Below, one piece after another: positions 8,556-18,883 of a stretch of DNA of 62,316 nucleotides. The stretch's first letter is position 1. Each line of letters starts with the position of its first letter. The notes beneath the pieces were generated by a model that was not told the DNA's origin, did not search any database, and worked only from the letters and a program-made list of their open reading frames with translations. The stretch lies in NCBI GenBank assembly GCA_043807135.1, contig JAZDGF010000005.1, positions 1-62,316 on the forward strand, in the 5' to 3' direction. Source of the DNA: Candidatus Levyibacteriota bacterium. GTDB taxonomy: Bacteria; Patescibacteriota; Microgenomatia; Levybacterales; UBA12049. A program made the translations under genes and the position numbers.

Positions 8556-9464
8556 ATGAAAATTATAGTAACTCATGTATCACCTGACTTAGATGGAATT
8601 GCCTCAATTTGGCTTGTTAAAAAATATTTGCCTGGTTGGAATGAGGCCGTATGTAAGTTTGTTTCAGCAGGAAAAAGATTAAAAGGGTTTGAAAACACAG
8701 AAAGAATTATTGAAACAAATGGAAAAGATGAAGTAATCCATGTTGATACAGGACTTGGTCCGCTTGATCATCACCAGATAGATTCTGTAGCAATAAGTGC
8801 AATAAGTCTTACCAAGGATTATGTCTTAAAAGAATATTCAAGGTCAAATCCGGAAATGGTAAAGCATGATAAATGGAAATACAAAAAAGAAGCAATTGCA
8901 AGAATGGCAAAAGTTATTATAGATATAGATCACTTTCAAGAAATTTTCTGGCAGGATCCTGCAAATGATCATCATGAGTTTGGCCTTTTAAATATTTTAG
9001 ACGGCTTAAAAATTGAAAAACCAAATCAGGATAAGCAATATGTAGAGTTTGGGTGTAAAGCTCTTGATGCGCTTTTGCATGAGTTTGAAAACAAGATATG
9101 GGCAGAAGATGAAATAAAAAATAAAGGTATTATTTTTGAAACAAGCTTTGGAAAGGGAATAGGATTGGAAACAATAAACGATGAAGTAGTAAAACTTGCT
9201 CAGAAAATGGGATTTTTAATCGTTGTAAGAAAAGATCCAAGAAAAGGATACGCTAGAATTAAAACAATGCCTGATTCTGAAAAGAAAAAGAATTCTATTG
9301 ATTTAACACCAGTTTATAATAAATTAAAATCCCTAGATCCTGATGCTCATTGGTTTTTACATATTTCAAAAAAAATGCTTTTAAACGGATCAAGTAAATC
9401 ACCGGATTTTAAACCAACAAAACTAAGCCTTGCTGATATCATAAAAGAACTTGAAAAGCTATAA
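8556..9464 (+). CDS. DHH-family phosphoesterase-like protein
   Basis: It has HVSPDLDGIAS (motif I), VDTG (motif II) and LDHHQ (the DHH motif). Confidence 0.6.
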   Translation: MKIIVTHVSPDLDGIASIWLVKKYLPGWNEAVCKFVSAGKRLKGFENTERIIETNGKDEVIHVDTGLGPLDHHQIDSVAISAISLTKDYVLKEYSRSNPEMVKHDKWKYKKEAIARMAKVIIDIDHFQEIFWQDPANDHHEFGLLNILDGLKIEKPNQDKQYVEFGCKALDALLHEFENKIWAEDEIKNKGIIFETSFGKGIGLETINDEVVKLAQKMGFLIVVRKDPRKGYARIKTMPDSEKKKNSIDLTPVYNKLKSLDPDAHWFLHISKKMLLNGSSKSPDFKPTKLSLADIIKELEKL

Positions 9465-9473
9465 AAATTTAAA

Positions 9474-9803
9474 ATGACTGATTGTATTTTTTGTAAAATT
9501 AGAGATAAAATAATTCCAAAAGATTTTATATATGAAGACGAGAACGTAATGGTTTTTCCTGATGTGAATCCAATTAAACAAGTGCATCTTTTGATTATTT
9601 CAAAAGAGCATATTACTGATTTTTCAAAATTAGAAGATAATGATTTAACAAATTCTCTAAGAGAAGTTATTCAAAAAATGATTAAACAGGAAAAATTGGA
9701 AGACAGAGGATATAGAGTTACCATTAACGGTGGTGGTGCGCAAATTATTAATCATTTACACATCCATCTGCTCGGACCATTGGGGAAAAATGTAAAGATG
9801 TAA
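9474..9803 (+). CDS. HIT-family (histidine triad) nucleotide hydrolase
   Basis: It starts CIFCKI and carries the C-terminal triad HLHIHLLG. Confidence 0.9.
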   Translation: MTDCIFCKIRDKIIPKDFIYEDENVMVFPDVNPIKQVHLLIISKEHITDFSKLEDNDLTNSLREVIQKMIKQEKLEDRGYRVTINGGGAQIINHLHIHLLGPLGKNVKM

Positions 9804-9811
9804 TTATTTTC

Positions 9812-9840
9812 TTTACACTTCTTAAAGATTAAGGTAAAAT
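9812..9840 (+). promoter_or_regulatory. Sigma70-like promoter of rpsU-ybeY
   Basis: TTTACA (9812..9817), 17 nt, TAAAAT (9835..9840). The leader is long and a GGGAGG Shine-Dalgarno sits at 9913..9918. Confidence 0.5.
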
Positions 9841-9930
9841 ATAAGCTAAATAAGACAAGCCCGTTTAATTTAGCGTGCAGTTTTTATTAAAAACGAAATT
9901 TAAATAGATAAAAGGGAGGTGTTTTATATT

Positions 9931-10128
9931 ATGGTAGTAGTAAAAAAGAGACCAGGAGACAGTGACGATGTTCTAATCAGAAAGTTTTCAAGGAAAGTTC
10001 TTTCTGAAGGAATTCTACAGGAAGCAAAAAGAAGAGAATTTCATCTTAAGCCATCTCTTGCAAAGAAATTAAAGCAAGAAGAATCCCGAAAAACCCGAAA
10101 ACTTTGGTCAACAGGAGTGATTAAATAA
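9931..10128 (+). CDS. rpsU: 30S ribosomal protein S21
   Basis: IRKFSRKV...REFHLKPS is S21-like. The ATG at 9931 lies 12 nt after GGGAGG. The longer GTG 9919 start would overlap the SD. Confidence 0.88.
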   Translation: MVVVKKRPGDSDDVLIRKFSRKVLSEGILQEAKRREFHLKPSLAKKLKQEESRKTRKLWSTGVIK

Positions 10129-10130
10129 TA

Positions 10131-10514
10131 ATGAACATTAAGGTTCCAATATTTGTTGAGAGTAGATATAGGGTTAATCGAAAAAGAATAAAATCTACTG
10201 TTATAAATCTTCTAAACAAACATTCAATAATGGGTTCTGTAGAAATTTCGGTTGCAATCATAGGTGATCGGAAAATGCGGGAGTTAAGTAAAAAATATAA
10301 GGGAGAAGATAAAACCAGAAATATTCTTTCTTTTCCTCAAACCGAGGGAGGGTTTGCAAAAAATTCTGTAAACAGTTTAAGACTTGGTGATATTCTTATC
10401 TCTTACCCCGAAGTTATAAGGGAAGCATCAAAAGAGGAAGTTTTAGTAGATGATAAAATCGATGAATTAGTAAATCATGGCCTTCTACATCTGTTAGGAA
10501 TTCATCATGGGTAA
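10131..10514 (+). CDS. ybeY: Endoribonuclease YbeY (rRNA maturation)
   Basis: It has the C-terminal zinc motif HGLLHLLGIHH and the size expected for the family. Confidence 0.85.
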   Translation: MNIKVPIFVESRYRVNRKRIKSTVINLLNKHSIMGSVEISVAIIGDRKMRELSKKYKGEDKTRNILSFPQTEGGFAKNSVNSLRLGDILISYPEVIREASKEEVLVDDKIDELVNHGLLHLLGIHHG

Positions 10515-10602
10515 GCTTTCTTATGATTTTGCTATTTATACAGGTTAATTATTTGATGGTATTTAGAGTTAAAAGCTGGTAATATTACTACACAGAAAAA
10601 TT

Positions 10603-12012
10603 ATGGTTTTTTATAGAAAATATAGGCCTCAAACAATAGAAGAGCTTGACAGTACGGATGTAAGAGATACTTTGTATTCTGTTTTTACAGCCAAGTCAGT
10701 ACCACACGCATTCCTCTTTACAGGACCAAAGGGTTTGGGTAAGACTTCAGCTGCAAGAATAATTGCAAAAATTATAAATTGTGAGAAGAACAAAAAGGAT
10801 GTAAAAGATAAAAAGTTAATAACAAATGAAAGCGTTGAGCCTTGCAATAAATGCATACAGTGTACGTCTGTTACCAGTGGAACAAATATAGATATTTTAG
10901 AAATTGATGGTGCATCGAACAGAGGAATTGATGAAATTAGAGATCTTCGTGACAAAATAAGACTATCTCCTGCATTAGCTTCAAAAAAAGTTTACATAAT
11001 CGATGAAGTTCATATGCTTACAACAGAAGCTTTTAACGCTCTCTTAAAAACACTTGAAGAACCTCCTAGTCATGCTATCTTTATTCTTTGCACAACAGAA
11101 CCGCATAAAGTCCCTGAAACAATTTCTTCCAGATGTTTTCAGATTTCTTTTATGAGAGCAACTAATGAAGAGCTTTTAAGATCTTTTCAAAGAATTGCAA
11201 AAAATGAAAAGATTGCAATTGATAAAGATGCACTTAGTTTAATCGCGAATATGTCAGATGGGAGTTTTAGAGATGGAGTAAAAATACTTGAGCAGATAAG
11301 GTCTTTGGTAAAGGATGAAAAAATTACAAAAGAACTGGTTGAAAAAAAATACAAGAGTTCAAATATTAATCAATATGTTTTACAAATGCTTGAAAATTTA
11401 GCAAATAAAGATCTTAAAAAAAGTCTTGTTTTAATCTCAGAAGTTACCAAGCAGGGGATTGATTTAAAATATCTAACAGAATCTCTTGCTGAAAAGATTC
11501 ACAAAATTCTTCTTGTAAAAGTAGGAGTTTTAGAAAAAGAGGAAAAATTACCAATAGACTTTTCTATGGAAGAAATTAAAAAGCTTGCAATGCTTTTAGA
11601 GAAAACAGCATATGATCTTAAGTACACAGTTTTACCCCAGCTACCGCTTGAGTTATTAATTATGGAGTGGTGTGAAGAGCCTAAGGAAAAAGTTACAAAA
11701 GATTTAAACATTCCAATTGAAAATAGTAAAGCAAAACCAATCTTGCTAACTAGCAAGCAGTCAATAAATACAAATACTGATAATGATATTTGGCAAAGAT
11801 TAATTGATAAAGTAAAAACACATAATCATTCTATTGCAGGAGTTTTAAGAGGGGGAAGTTTAAAAAGCTGGGAAGACGGAAAAGTAATAATTGAAACAAA
11901 CTTTAAGTTTCATAAAGAGAAATTAGATGAAGCAAAGGAAATTCTTGAAGAAGCATGTGAAGAGATTAGTGGAAAAAAGGCAAATGTTTCGATATTATTA
12001 AAAGATAAATAA
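10603..12012 (+). CDS. dnaX: DNA polymerase III subunit gamma/tau
   Basis: YRPQTIEEL, the Walker A motif GPKGLGKTS, IIDEVHMLT and the SRC motif (SSRCF) are present. It sits in the conserved dnaX-ybaB-recR neighbourhood. Confidence 0.93.
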   Translation: MVFYRKYRPQTIEELDSTDVRDTLYSVFTAKSVPHAFLFTGPKGLGKTSAARIIAKIINCEKNKKDVKDKKLITNESVEPCNKCIQCTSVTSGTNIDILEIDGASNRGIDEIRDLRDKIRLSPALASKKVYIIDEVHMLTTEAFNALLKTLEEPPSHAIFILCTTEPHKVPETISSRCFQISFMRATNEELLRSFQRIAKNEKIAIDKDALSLIANMSDGSFRDGVKILEQIRSLVKDEKITKELVEKKYKSSNINQYVLQMLENLANKDLKKSLVLISEVTKQGIDLKYLTESLAEKIHKILLVKVGVLEKEEKLPIDFSMEEIKKLAMLLEKTAYDLKYTVLPQLPLELLIMEWCEEPKEKVTKDLNIPIENSKAKPILLTSKQSINTNTDNDIWQRLIDKVKTHNHSIAGVLRGGSLKSWEDGKVIIETNFKFHKEKLDEAKEILEEACEEISGKKANVSILLKDK

Positions 12013-12033
12013 TATTTAAAAGGGGGTGATCTT

Positions 12034-12315
12034 ATGTTTAATCCATTAGGACAATTAGGAGAGTTAAAAAAAATGCGAGATGAAGCAACGAGAATTCAAA
12101 GACTTCTTCAAGCAGAAGAGGTAAGTGTTGAGAAAAACGGCATTGAGATTTTAATTACTGGAGATCAAAAAATAAAAGAAATTAAAACTAACGGAAGATC
12201 AGACAATGATATTAAAGAAGCAATTAATGAAGCCGTTAAAAAATCTCAAGAAGTAGCTGCAAAAAAACTAGCTCAATCCGGAGGCGGATTAAGTGGTCTT
12301 TTAGGTGGAAAATAA
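12034..12315 (+). CDS. ybaB: Nucleoid-associated protein YbaB/EbfC
   Basis: 93 aa with the position and composition typical after dnaX. The SD GGGGGTGA precedes the ATG. Confidence 0.85.
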   Translation: MFNPLGQLGELKKMRDEATRIQRLLQAEEVSVEKNGIEILITGDQKIKEIKTNGRSDNDIKEAINEAVKKSQEVAAKKLAQSGGGLSGLLGGK

Positions 12316-12341
12316 AAGATTTATCCTTGTCAAGACAATAT

Positions 12342-12370
12342 TTGCTTAAAACAAATTTCAATAGTAGAAT
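12342..12370 (+). promoter_or_regulatory. Sigma70-like promoter of prs, leaderless geometry
   Basis: TTGCTT (12342..12347), 17 nt, TAGAAT (12365..12370), 6 nt, then ATG at 12377. Confidence 0.5.
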
Positions 12371-12376
12371 AAATTA

Positions 12377-13273
12377 ATGAAGATTTTTAGCGGTTTTTCA
12401 AACAAATCTCTTTCCGAAAAGATTGCAAAAGAACTTGGTCAAAAACTCGCTAAGCTTGATATTTTTATTTTCCCCGATGATGAAAGAAGAATTAGAGTAA
12501 TGGAAAGGGTCTTAGACCTTGATACTGTTGTTGTTGAATCTACTAATAAACCTGCAGAAAAAAACTATATGGAGCTTTTCTTTATAGTAGATGCTTTAAA
12601 AAGAAGTGGGGCAAAAAAAGTAACTGCAGTTATACCGTATCTTGGTTATCAAAGACAAGACCATGTGTTTAGAAGTGGCGAAGCAGTTTCACTGGCAGTT
12701 ATTATTAGAACGCTTGAAGCAGTTGGAGTAGACAAGATGATTTCCTTTGACATGCATACACCAAGAGTTCCTGATCTTTTTAAAATTCCTGTTGCTCACT
12801 TAAGCGCACTTCCTCTTTTTGCAGAAAAAATAAAAAAAATAGATGGTAAAAACGGGATTTTAATATCTCCTGATATGGGTGGAATAAGAAGAATAAAAAT
12901 ATTATCAGAGTTATTAAATGGAATGCCTTTCGGAAGTATTGAAAAGAACAGAAATTTAGAAACAGGTTACGTAATGTCAGAAAAGATAATGGGAGATGTT
13001 AAAGGAAAAAATGTTTACATTGTTGACGATATGATTTCAACAGGTGGAACTATTTTAGCAGCTTGCAATTTACTTGAAAAAAAAGGTGCAAAAAGTATTT
13101 ATGTTTTTGCAACTCATGCTGTCTTTTCTAAAAAAGCAGTACAAATCTTGAAAAAAGCAAAAGCAGAAAAAGTATTTATTACTGACACAATTGGAATTCC
13201 TGAGAGAAATAAATTTGAGAACTTGGAAATACTCTCCGTAGCAGGTATAATTGCAAAAGAACTTAAATCTTAA
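12377..13273 (+). CDS. prs: Ribose-phosphate pyrophosphokinase
   Basis: YLGYQRQD and the PRPP-binding loop VDDMISTGGT are present. Confidence 0.9.
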   Translation: MKIFSGFSNKSLSEKIAKELGQKLAKLDIFIFPDDERRIRVMERVLDLDTVVVESTNKPAEKNYMELFFIVDALKRSGAKKVTAVIPYLGYQRQDHVFRSGEAVSLAVIIRTLEAVGVDKMISFDMHTPRVPDLFKIPVAHLSALPLFAEKIKKIDGKNGILISPDMGGIRRIKILSELLNGMPFGSIEKNRNLETGYVMSEKIMGDVKGKNVYIVDDMISTGGTILAACNLLEKKGAKSIYVFATHAVFSKKAVQILKKAKAEKVFITDTIGIPERNKFENLEILSVAGIIAKELKS

Positions 13274-13308
13274 AATTACATCTTAGGTTTAGACAATCTA
13301 ATAAACGT

Positions 13309-13932
13309 ATGAAAATTCCAAAGGCAATACAAAACTTAATTGATTCTTTTGAAAAATTACCGGGTATTGGTCCGAAAAGTGCACAAAGACTAACTTTTTA
13401 CTTATTACATGTTCCGCAAATAGAATTGGATAAGTTTGCAAATTCTTTAGAATCATTAAAAAAAGATACAGTGCTTTGTTCACTTTGCCAAATGATTGGA
13501 GAGAGTGATCCTTGCGGAATTTGTCAAGAAAGTGATAGAGATGGATCTATAATTTGTGTTGTTGAACAACCCTTAGATGTACTTGCACTTGAAAAAGGTA
13601 GAAGGTTTAAAGGAAAGTATCATGTATTGCATGGGAAAATAGATCCACTTAATAATATCGGTCCAGATGAAATCTTTATTGATAAATTATTTATAAGAAT
13701 TAAAGATAATAAAGATAAAATTAAAGAGATAGTTTTAGCAACTAATCCAACTATGGAAGGTGAAGCAACTGCAATGTATATTGCAAAAAATATTAAAAAT
13801 AATATTAATAATAGTAAGGGCAGTAAAATTAAAATAACTAGGATTGGCAGAGGTCTACCAATCGGAGCAGATTTGGAGTATGCTGATGAAACAACCTTGC
13901 AAAGAGCAATGGAAGGAAGAATGGAGTATTAA
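13309..13932 (+). CDS. recR: Recombination protein RecR
   Basis: It has an N-terminal HhH (LPGIGPKSAQRL), a Cys4 zinc finger (CSLC...CGIC) and a Toprim segment. Confidence 0.93.
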   Translation: MKIPKAIQNLIDSFEKLPGIGPKSAQRLTFYLLHVPQIELDKFANSLESLKKDTVLCSLCQMIGESDPCGICQESDRDGSIICVVEQPLDVLALEKGRRFKGKYHVLHGKIDPLNNIGPDEIFIDKLFIRIKDNKDKIKEIVLATNPTMEGEATAMYIAKNIKNNINNSKGSKIKITRIGRGLPIGADLEYADETTLQRAMEGRMEY

Positions 13933-13938
13933 ATAAAG

Positions 13939-14478
13939 ATGGATGATGGTAAAAAATTTTTAGGAAAACTTGGTAAAGGAATTGGAAAAACAGTTGGATC
14001 TGAGATAAAAAATATTGCTAATTCAACTATGGAGCAGATTGATGCTTTGCCGCCTAAAACAAAAGAAGGAGAAGAAAAGTCTAAAACAAATACAAAAAAA
14101 CCTGTTGACCAAAAAGAAAGAGAGCAATTAATAGAGGGTTTATATGGAAAAAGTGAAAATGATGATAAATCAAGTAAAACAGAACAAACTCAAGAAGATC
14201 CTGTCGCTCAAAAACAAGAAGCAGAAAAAAGTGACGCGCTAGCTCAGGAGGAAAAATTAAAAAAACAAAAATTGGAGCAGTTAAGATCACAACTTCATCA
14301 GGAAGCACAAAGATTGGGAGTGCCTGAAAAAAGAGAAGAAACTGTTCAAGATAGACTTGAAGAAGAAGATGCCAAAGATGATCAAAAGAAGCAAATGGAA
14401 GCAATTGAAGTACGTAAAAAAGCGCCAATTACACCTCCTAGAAAAGGACCAGAAAGGAAGTTGGGAATAGGAGGGTAA
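13939..14478 (+). CDS. Highly charged Lys/Glu/Gln-rich hypothetical protein
   Basis: 179-aa ORF packed tightly between recR and cysS. It is low-complexity and no family is recognised. Confidence 0.55.
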   Translation: MDDGKKFLGKLGKGIGKTVGSEIKNIANSTMEQIDALPPKTKEGEEKSKTNTKKPVDQKEREQLIEGLYGKSENDDKSSKTEQTQEDPVAQKQEAEKSDALAQEEKLKKQKLEQLRSQLHQEAQRLGVPEKREETVQDRLEEEDAKDDQKKQMEAIEVRKKAPITPPRKGPERKLGIGG

Positions 14479-14486
14479 AAAAATTA

Positions 14487-15878
14487 ATGAATATGTTAAG
14501 AATTTATAATACTCTAACAAGAAAAATAGAAGATTTTCAGCCGATAGATTCTCCAAATGTTGGGATGTATGCTTGCGGACCAACAGTTTATGACTATTTA
14601 CATATCGGTAATATGCGAAGGTATGTTGGTGATGATATTTTAGTAAGGATTTTAGAATATGATGGATATAAAGTAAAACACGTTATAAACATTACTGATG
14701 TTGGACATCTTGTCTCAGATCAAGATACGGGTGAGGATAAGATGGAAAAAGGAGCAAAGAAATACGATATGAGTGTTTCAGATATTTCCAAGAAATTTGA
14801 AACTGCGTTTTTTAAAGATTGGGAAGCACTTAATCTAAAAGATCCGGTAGAAATAATGCATGCAACAGATTATATAAAAGATCAGCTTGAATTAATTCAA
14901 GTATTGGAAGAAAAAGGTTATACATATAAGACAGATGATGGGATATATTTTGATACTTCAAAATTTGCAGATTATAATAAACTTTCAAAACAAATAATTG
15001 AAGAATTGAAGCCGGGATCAAGAATAAAAATGGTTAAAGGAAAAAAGAATTCAACTGACTTTGCTTTATGGAAGTTTTCTCCTAAAAATACTAAAAGACA
15101 AATGGAATGGAAAAGTCCTTGGGGAATAGGTTTCCCAGGTTGGCATTTGGAATGCAGTACAATGTCTATGAAAGCCTTGGGTATAAATTTTGATATTCAT
15201 ACAGGAGGAATAGATCATATTAGCGTTCATCACACAAATGAAATTGCTCAATCAGAAGCAGCAAGTAGCAAGCAATTCGTAAATTATTGGGTTCACCATG
15301 CATTCCTAGCTGTTGAAGATGAAAAAATGAGCAAAAGTTTAGATAACTTTTATAGAGTAAAAGATATTGTAAAAAAAGGTTATGATCCTCTTTCACTTCG
15401 TTATCTATTTCTGCAAGCTCATTACAGACAAGAAATGAATTTTACATTTGAGGCGCTTGGGGCATCGCATAAAGCATTAAATAGATTAAGAGATGAGCTT
15501 ATTGAATTAGGAGAACCTGCAGATAGAGGATGCGAGGAATATGATAATAAGTTTTTTGCAGCAATAAATGAGGATTTAAACATGCCAAAAGCACTTGCAG
15601 TTGTTTGGGGGTTGTTAAAGTCAAGTTGCAGTAATTCAAAAAAAGCAAAGAGTATTTTAAGTTACGATAAAATTTTAGGACTTAAACTTGACAGAGTAAA
15701 AGAAACTAGAGGAAAGAAATTGGAAATTCCTGAAGAAGTAATAAGAATGGTTAACGAGAGAGAAAAATTAAGAAAACAAAGAAGGTTTCACTTAGCAGAT
15801 CAATTAAGAAATAAAATTAAAAAAATGGGATATGAAGTTGAAGACGGCAAAAAAGGTATTAAAATAATTCCTGTTTAA
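14487..15878 (+). CDS. cysS: Cysteinyl-tRNA synthetase
   Basis: It carries the class I signatures HIGN and KMSKS, with GWHLECS between them. Confidence 0.93.
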   Translation: MNMLRIYNTLTRKIEDFQPIDSPNVGMYACGPTVYDYLHIGNMRRYVGDDILVRILEYDGYKVKHVINITDVGHLVSDQDTGEDKMEKGAKKYDMSVSDISKKFETAFFKDWEALNLKDPVEIMHATDYIKDQLELIQVLEEKGYTYKTDDGIYFDTSKFADYNKLSKQIIEELKPGSRIKMVKGKKNSTDFALWKFSPKNTKRQMEWKSPWGIGFPGWHLECSTMSMKALGINFDIHTGGIDHISVHHTNEIAQSEAASSKQFVNYWVHHAFLAVEDEKMSKSLDNFYRVKDIVKKGYDPLSLRYLFLQAHYRQEMNFTFEALGASHKALNRLRDELIELGEPADRGCEEYDNKFFAAINEDLNMPKALAVVWGLLKSSCSNSKKAKSILSYDKILGLKLDRVKETRGKKLEIPEEVIRMVNEREKLRKQRRFHLADQLRNKIKKMGYEVEDGKKGIKIIPV

Positions 15879-16861
15879 ACTCTTTTTAAAACTTTTTTAA
15901 CAGCAGTAACTATTTCATTTTTATCCATTTTGTATTTTTTCAAAAGATCTTTTGCATTTCCTGATTCTGCAAATGTATTTTTAAGTCCAATAAATTCAAC
16001 AGGAGCAGGGTAGTTCTGAACAAGTATCTCTGAAATAATACCTCCTAAACCACCCTCTACTTGATGATCTTCACAAGTTACTGCACTTTTAGTTTTTTTA
16101 ACATGTCTTACTATTTCTTCTTCATCAATTGGCTTTAGAGAAGAAACATTAGCAACTAATACATCAATATTTTGTTTTTCCAACTCTTTTGCTGCCAGGA
16201 GTGCTTGATAAAGCATATGTCCAGTTGCAAAAATAACAGTTTTAGGATTTTTACAAGTCCAAAAAACCTGTATTTTTTCTGAAAACGGGGTTTTTTCAGT
16301 TGTAATTATCGGAGTTTTTTCTCTTGAAAATCTTAAATAAACAGGACCATTTATACTAGCTGCTCTTAAGGTAATTTTTTCTGCTTCAATACTGTCGCAG
16401 GGAATTAAAATATTTATCCCCGGCCAAGCTCTTATAGAAGAAATATCTTCTGTTGCTTGATGAGTTACTCCATCTGCACCGGTAACAATTCCTGCATGGT
16501 GTCCTGCAATTTTTACATTAGCTCTGTTATAGATAATACTTGTTCTAATAGTTTCCCAGTTTTTTCCAGGAGAAAACATAGCAAATGAAGTTATAAAGGG
16601 AATTTTCCCGGAAACTGCAAGGCCTGCTGCAATAGCTGCCATGTTTTGTTCAGCAACTCCGCATTCGATAAAACGGTTGGGATATTTTTCTAAAAATGCA
16701 TCAACCTTACATGACTCGGCAAGATCTGCAGATAAAACAACAACATTTTTATTTTTTTCTCCCAAAAGCATTATTGCTTTTCCAAAGCCGTCTCTAGTTG
16801 CTTTTTTTTCTTCCTCTTTATTAAATAAATTTTTATTTAGCTTTAAATAAGGATTTAACAT
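15875..16861 (-). CDS. Transketolase, C-terminal (pyrimidine-binding) subunit
   Basis: FIECGVAEQNM is present and the size is typical of the split-transketolase B subunit. It sits adjacent to the N-terminal subunit. Confidence 0.88.
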   Translation of the reverse strand: MLNPYLKLNKNLFNKEEEKKATRDGFGKAIMLLGEKNKNVVVLSADLAESCKVDAFLEKYPNRFIECGVAEQNMAAIAAGLAVSGKIPFITSFAMFSPGKNWETIRTSIIYNRANVKIAGHHAGIVTGADGVTHQATEDISSIRAWPGINILIPCDSIEAEKITLRAASINGPVYLRFSREKTPIITTEKTPFSEKIQVFWTCKNPKTVIFATGHMLYQALLAAKELEKQNIDVLVANVSSLKPIDEEEIVRHVKKTKSAVTCEDHQVEGGLGGIISEILVQNYPAPVEFIGLKNTFAESGNAKDLLKKYKMDKNEIVTAVKKVLKRV

Positions 16862-16862
16862 A

Positions 16863-17720
16863 TTATTTTTTCTTGTGTATAATCATTTCTCTAAGTGCAA
16901 GAAGTTCATCTATCGCTCTTTTTGCCTCCTCTTTGTTTGGTGTTTTACCATGCCACTTATAATCATTTTCCATAAATGATACTCCCATTCCCGGAACAGT
17001 ATTGGCAATAATTACAGTTGGTTTATTTTTTTCAGCTTTTACTTTAGAGATAGTTTCAATAATCTCTTTAATATTATTTCCGTTTGTTTCCAAAACATTC
17101 CAATTAAATGCTAAATACTTTTCTTTTAATGGTTCAAGAGACATTACATCTTTTACATATCCACTTATTTGAATATTATTTCTGTCGATAATTTGAATTA
17201 AATTATTCAGTTTATTTTTACCGGCAAACATAGCAGCTTCCCAATGATTTCCTTCTTGGTGTTCTCCGTCTGAGGTTAAACAAAAGATTTGGTATTTTGC
17301 TTTATCCATTTTTGCAGCCAGTGCCATTCCTATTGCCTGTGATAAACCTTCTCCTAAAGGACCTGAAGTTGTTTCTATTCCTGGTAGAGAAGTGCGGTGC
17401 GGATGTCCTTGCAGACGAGACCCTATTTTTCTTAGTGTTTTTAATTCTTTTATGGGAAAATATCCTGACATTGCAAGGCAAACGTATTGAACAGGGCAAA
17501 TATGTCCATTGGAAAGAACTAATCTGTCACGATTTTTCCATAAGGGTTTTCTAGGATTATGTTTTAGAGCGTAAAAGTAAAGAGAAGTAAAAACATCCGC
17601 CATTCCTAAAGAACCTCCCGGATGTCCTGATCCCGCTTCAAGTAGAGACGTAATAATAAGGCGGCGGACTTTATTTGCAGTTAGTTCCAGTTGTTTAATC
17701 TTTTTAGTATTTGGAAGCAT
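16863..17720 (-). CDS. Transketolase, N-terminal (TPP-binding) subunit
   Basis: GSGHPGGSLG, LSNGH and the GDG...EG motif (SDGEHQEGNHWE) are present. Confidence 0.88.
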   Translation of the reverse strand: MLPNTKKIKQLELTANKVRRLIITSLLEAGSGHPGGSLGMADVFTSLYFYALKHNPRKPLWKNRDRLVLSNGHICPVQYVCLAMSGYFPIKELKTLRKIGSRLQGHPHRTSLPGIETTSGPLGEGLSQAIGMALAAKMDKAKYQIFCLTSDGEHQEGNHWEAAMFAGKNKLNNLIQIIDRNNIQISGYVKDVMSLEPLKEKYLAFNWNVLETNGNNIKEIIETISKVKAEKNKPTVIIANTVPGMGVSFMENDYKWHGKTPNKEEAKRAIDELLALREMIIHKKK

Positions 17721-17811
17721 TGTCTATCTATAATACCAATAACCCTATCTTTTATCAAAAGCAAAAATTGCCTCTTTACATGAATTAAAAATTTCTGTTA
17801 GAATAATCAGC

Positions 17812-18519
17812 ATGGCGCTAAAAAAGTCAATTAAGAAATCTTCCTCAGTAGTAGCTAAGAAAATAATTGCAAAGCCAGCAATTGCGCAAAATTTACCTTT
17901 AAAAAAAGCATCTCTTCCTTTTGTTTCAGCGATGGGTCTTTCTAGAAAAAAAGCAGGAATTGCCTTGATAATAATTGTTCTAATAGTTCTTTTAGTTGTT
18001 TTTAGAAATCAATTTGTTGTTGCAACCGTAAATGGACAACCGATATCAAGATTTGCTTTAATTGGTGAGCTTGAGAGGCAAGCAGGAAAAACTACTCTGG
18101 ATGTATTAATTACTAAAACTTTAATAAAACAAGAGGCAGAGAAAAGAAACATATCTGTAAGTGATAAAGAGCTTAATGATGAAGCAAAGAAAATAGAAGA
18201 TAGCCTTAAAGAACAAGGACAGGATCTAGATACTTTACTAGCTGGTCAGGGAATGAGCAGGTCAGAGTTTATGGGACAAATTAAAATTCAGGTATTAGTA
18301 AAAAAGATGCTTATTGATGAAACAAAAGTAACAGATAAGGAAATAGATGATTATTTGGAGAAAAATAAAGCTTCAATGCCTGAAGATATGGAAGAGGGAA
18401 AACTTAAGGGTGAGGTAAAAACTCAGCTTGAGCAGCAAAAATTAAGTGAAACATCAAATAAACTGGTAACTGAATTAAGAGAAAAAGCAAAAATAAACCG
18501 TTATTTAAACCTCGAATAA
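17812..18519 (+). CDS. Membrane-anchored SurA-N-like chaperone domain protein (no parvulin domain seen)
   Basis: An N-terminal TM helix is followed by a helical segment resembling the SurA/PrsA N-terminal domain. Confidence 0.5.
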   Translation: MALKKSIKKSSSVVAKKIIAKPAIAQNLPLKKASLPFVSAMGLSRKKAGIALIIIVLIVLLVVFRNQFVVATVNGQPISRFALIGELERQAGKTTLDVLITKTLIKQEAEKRNISVSDKELNDEAKKIEDSLKEQGQDLDTLLAGQGMSRSEFMGQIKIQVLVKKMLIDETKVTDKEIDDYLEKNKASMPEDMEEGKLKGEVKTQLEQQKLSETSNKLVTELREKAKINRYLNLE

Positions 18520-18622
18520 CCTCTAGTTAAATTGCTACGGTTTGCATATGTTTAATAACTTGACATAAGTATAAAAATCTGCCTATCCTAAAAGTAAGGA
18601 TTAACTAAGGGGGTGATGCTAC

Positions 18623-18811
18623 ATGAAATCTTTAAAAACACTCGCTTTTATCCTAGTTGTAATAGGTGGTTTAAACTGGGGGTTAGTTGGACTGTTTGAC
18701 TTCAACCTTGTTAACTCAATTTTTGGAGCAATGCAAACCGTTGAAACTTTAATATATATCTTGGTTGGTCTTTCAGCAGTTTACATGCTTGCTACATATA
18801 AGTGGAAATAG
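18623..18811 (+). CDS. DUF378-family small membrane protein
   Basis: 62 aa. The GGLNWGLVGLF motif is characteristic. It has a strong SD (GGGGGTGA). Confidence 0.75.
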   Translation: MKSLKTLAFILVVIGGLNWGLVGLFDFNLVNSIFGAMQTVETLIYILVGLSAVYMLATYKWK

Positions 18812-18869
18812 GATAAAATCAGAAATAAAAGAAGACTTAAATTTTCCCTTTAATATTACGTAGTGTTTG

Positions 18870-18877
18870 TGTATAAT
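18870..18877 (+). promoter_or_regulatory. Extended -10 promoter, leaderless geometry
   Basis: TGTATAAT at 18870..18877, then 6 nt, then an in-frame GTG at 18884. Confidence 0.4.
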
Positions 18878-18883
18878 AGCTGC

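Noticed and set aside
10515-10602. An SRP (4.5S/scRNA) gene upstream of dnaX, as in the Bacillus scr-dnaX-ybaB-recR arrangement.
   Set aside because: The spacer is only 88 nt, is AT-rich, and lacks the conserved domain IV motif. It more plausibly holds just the dnaX promoter (TGGTAATAT).
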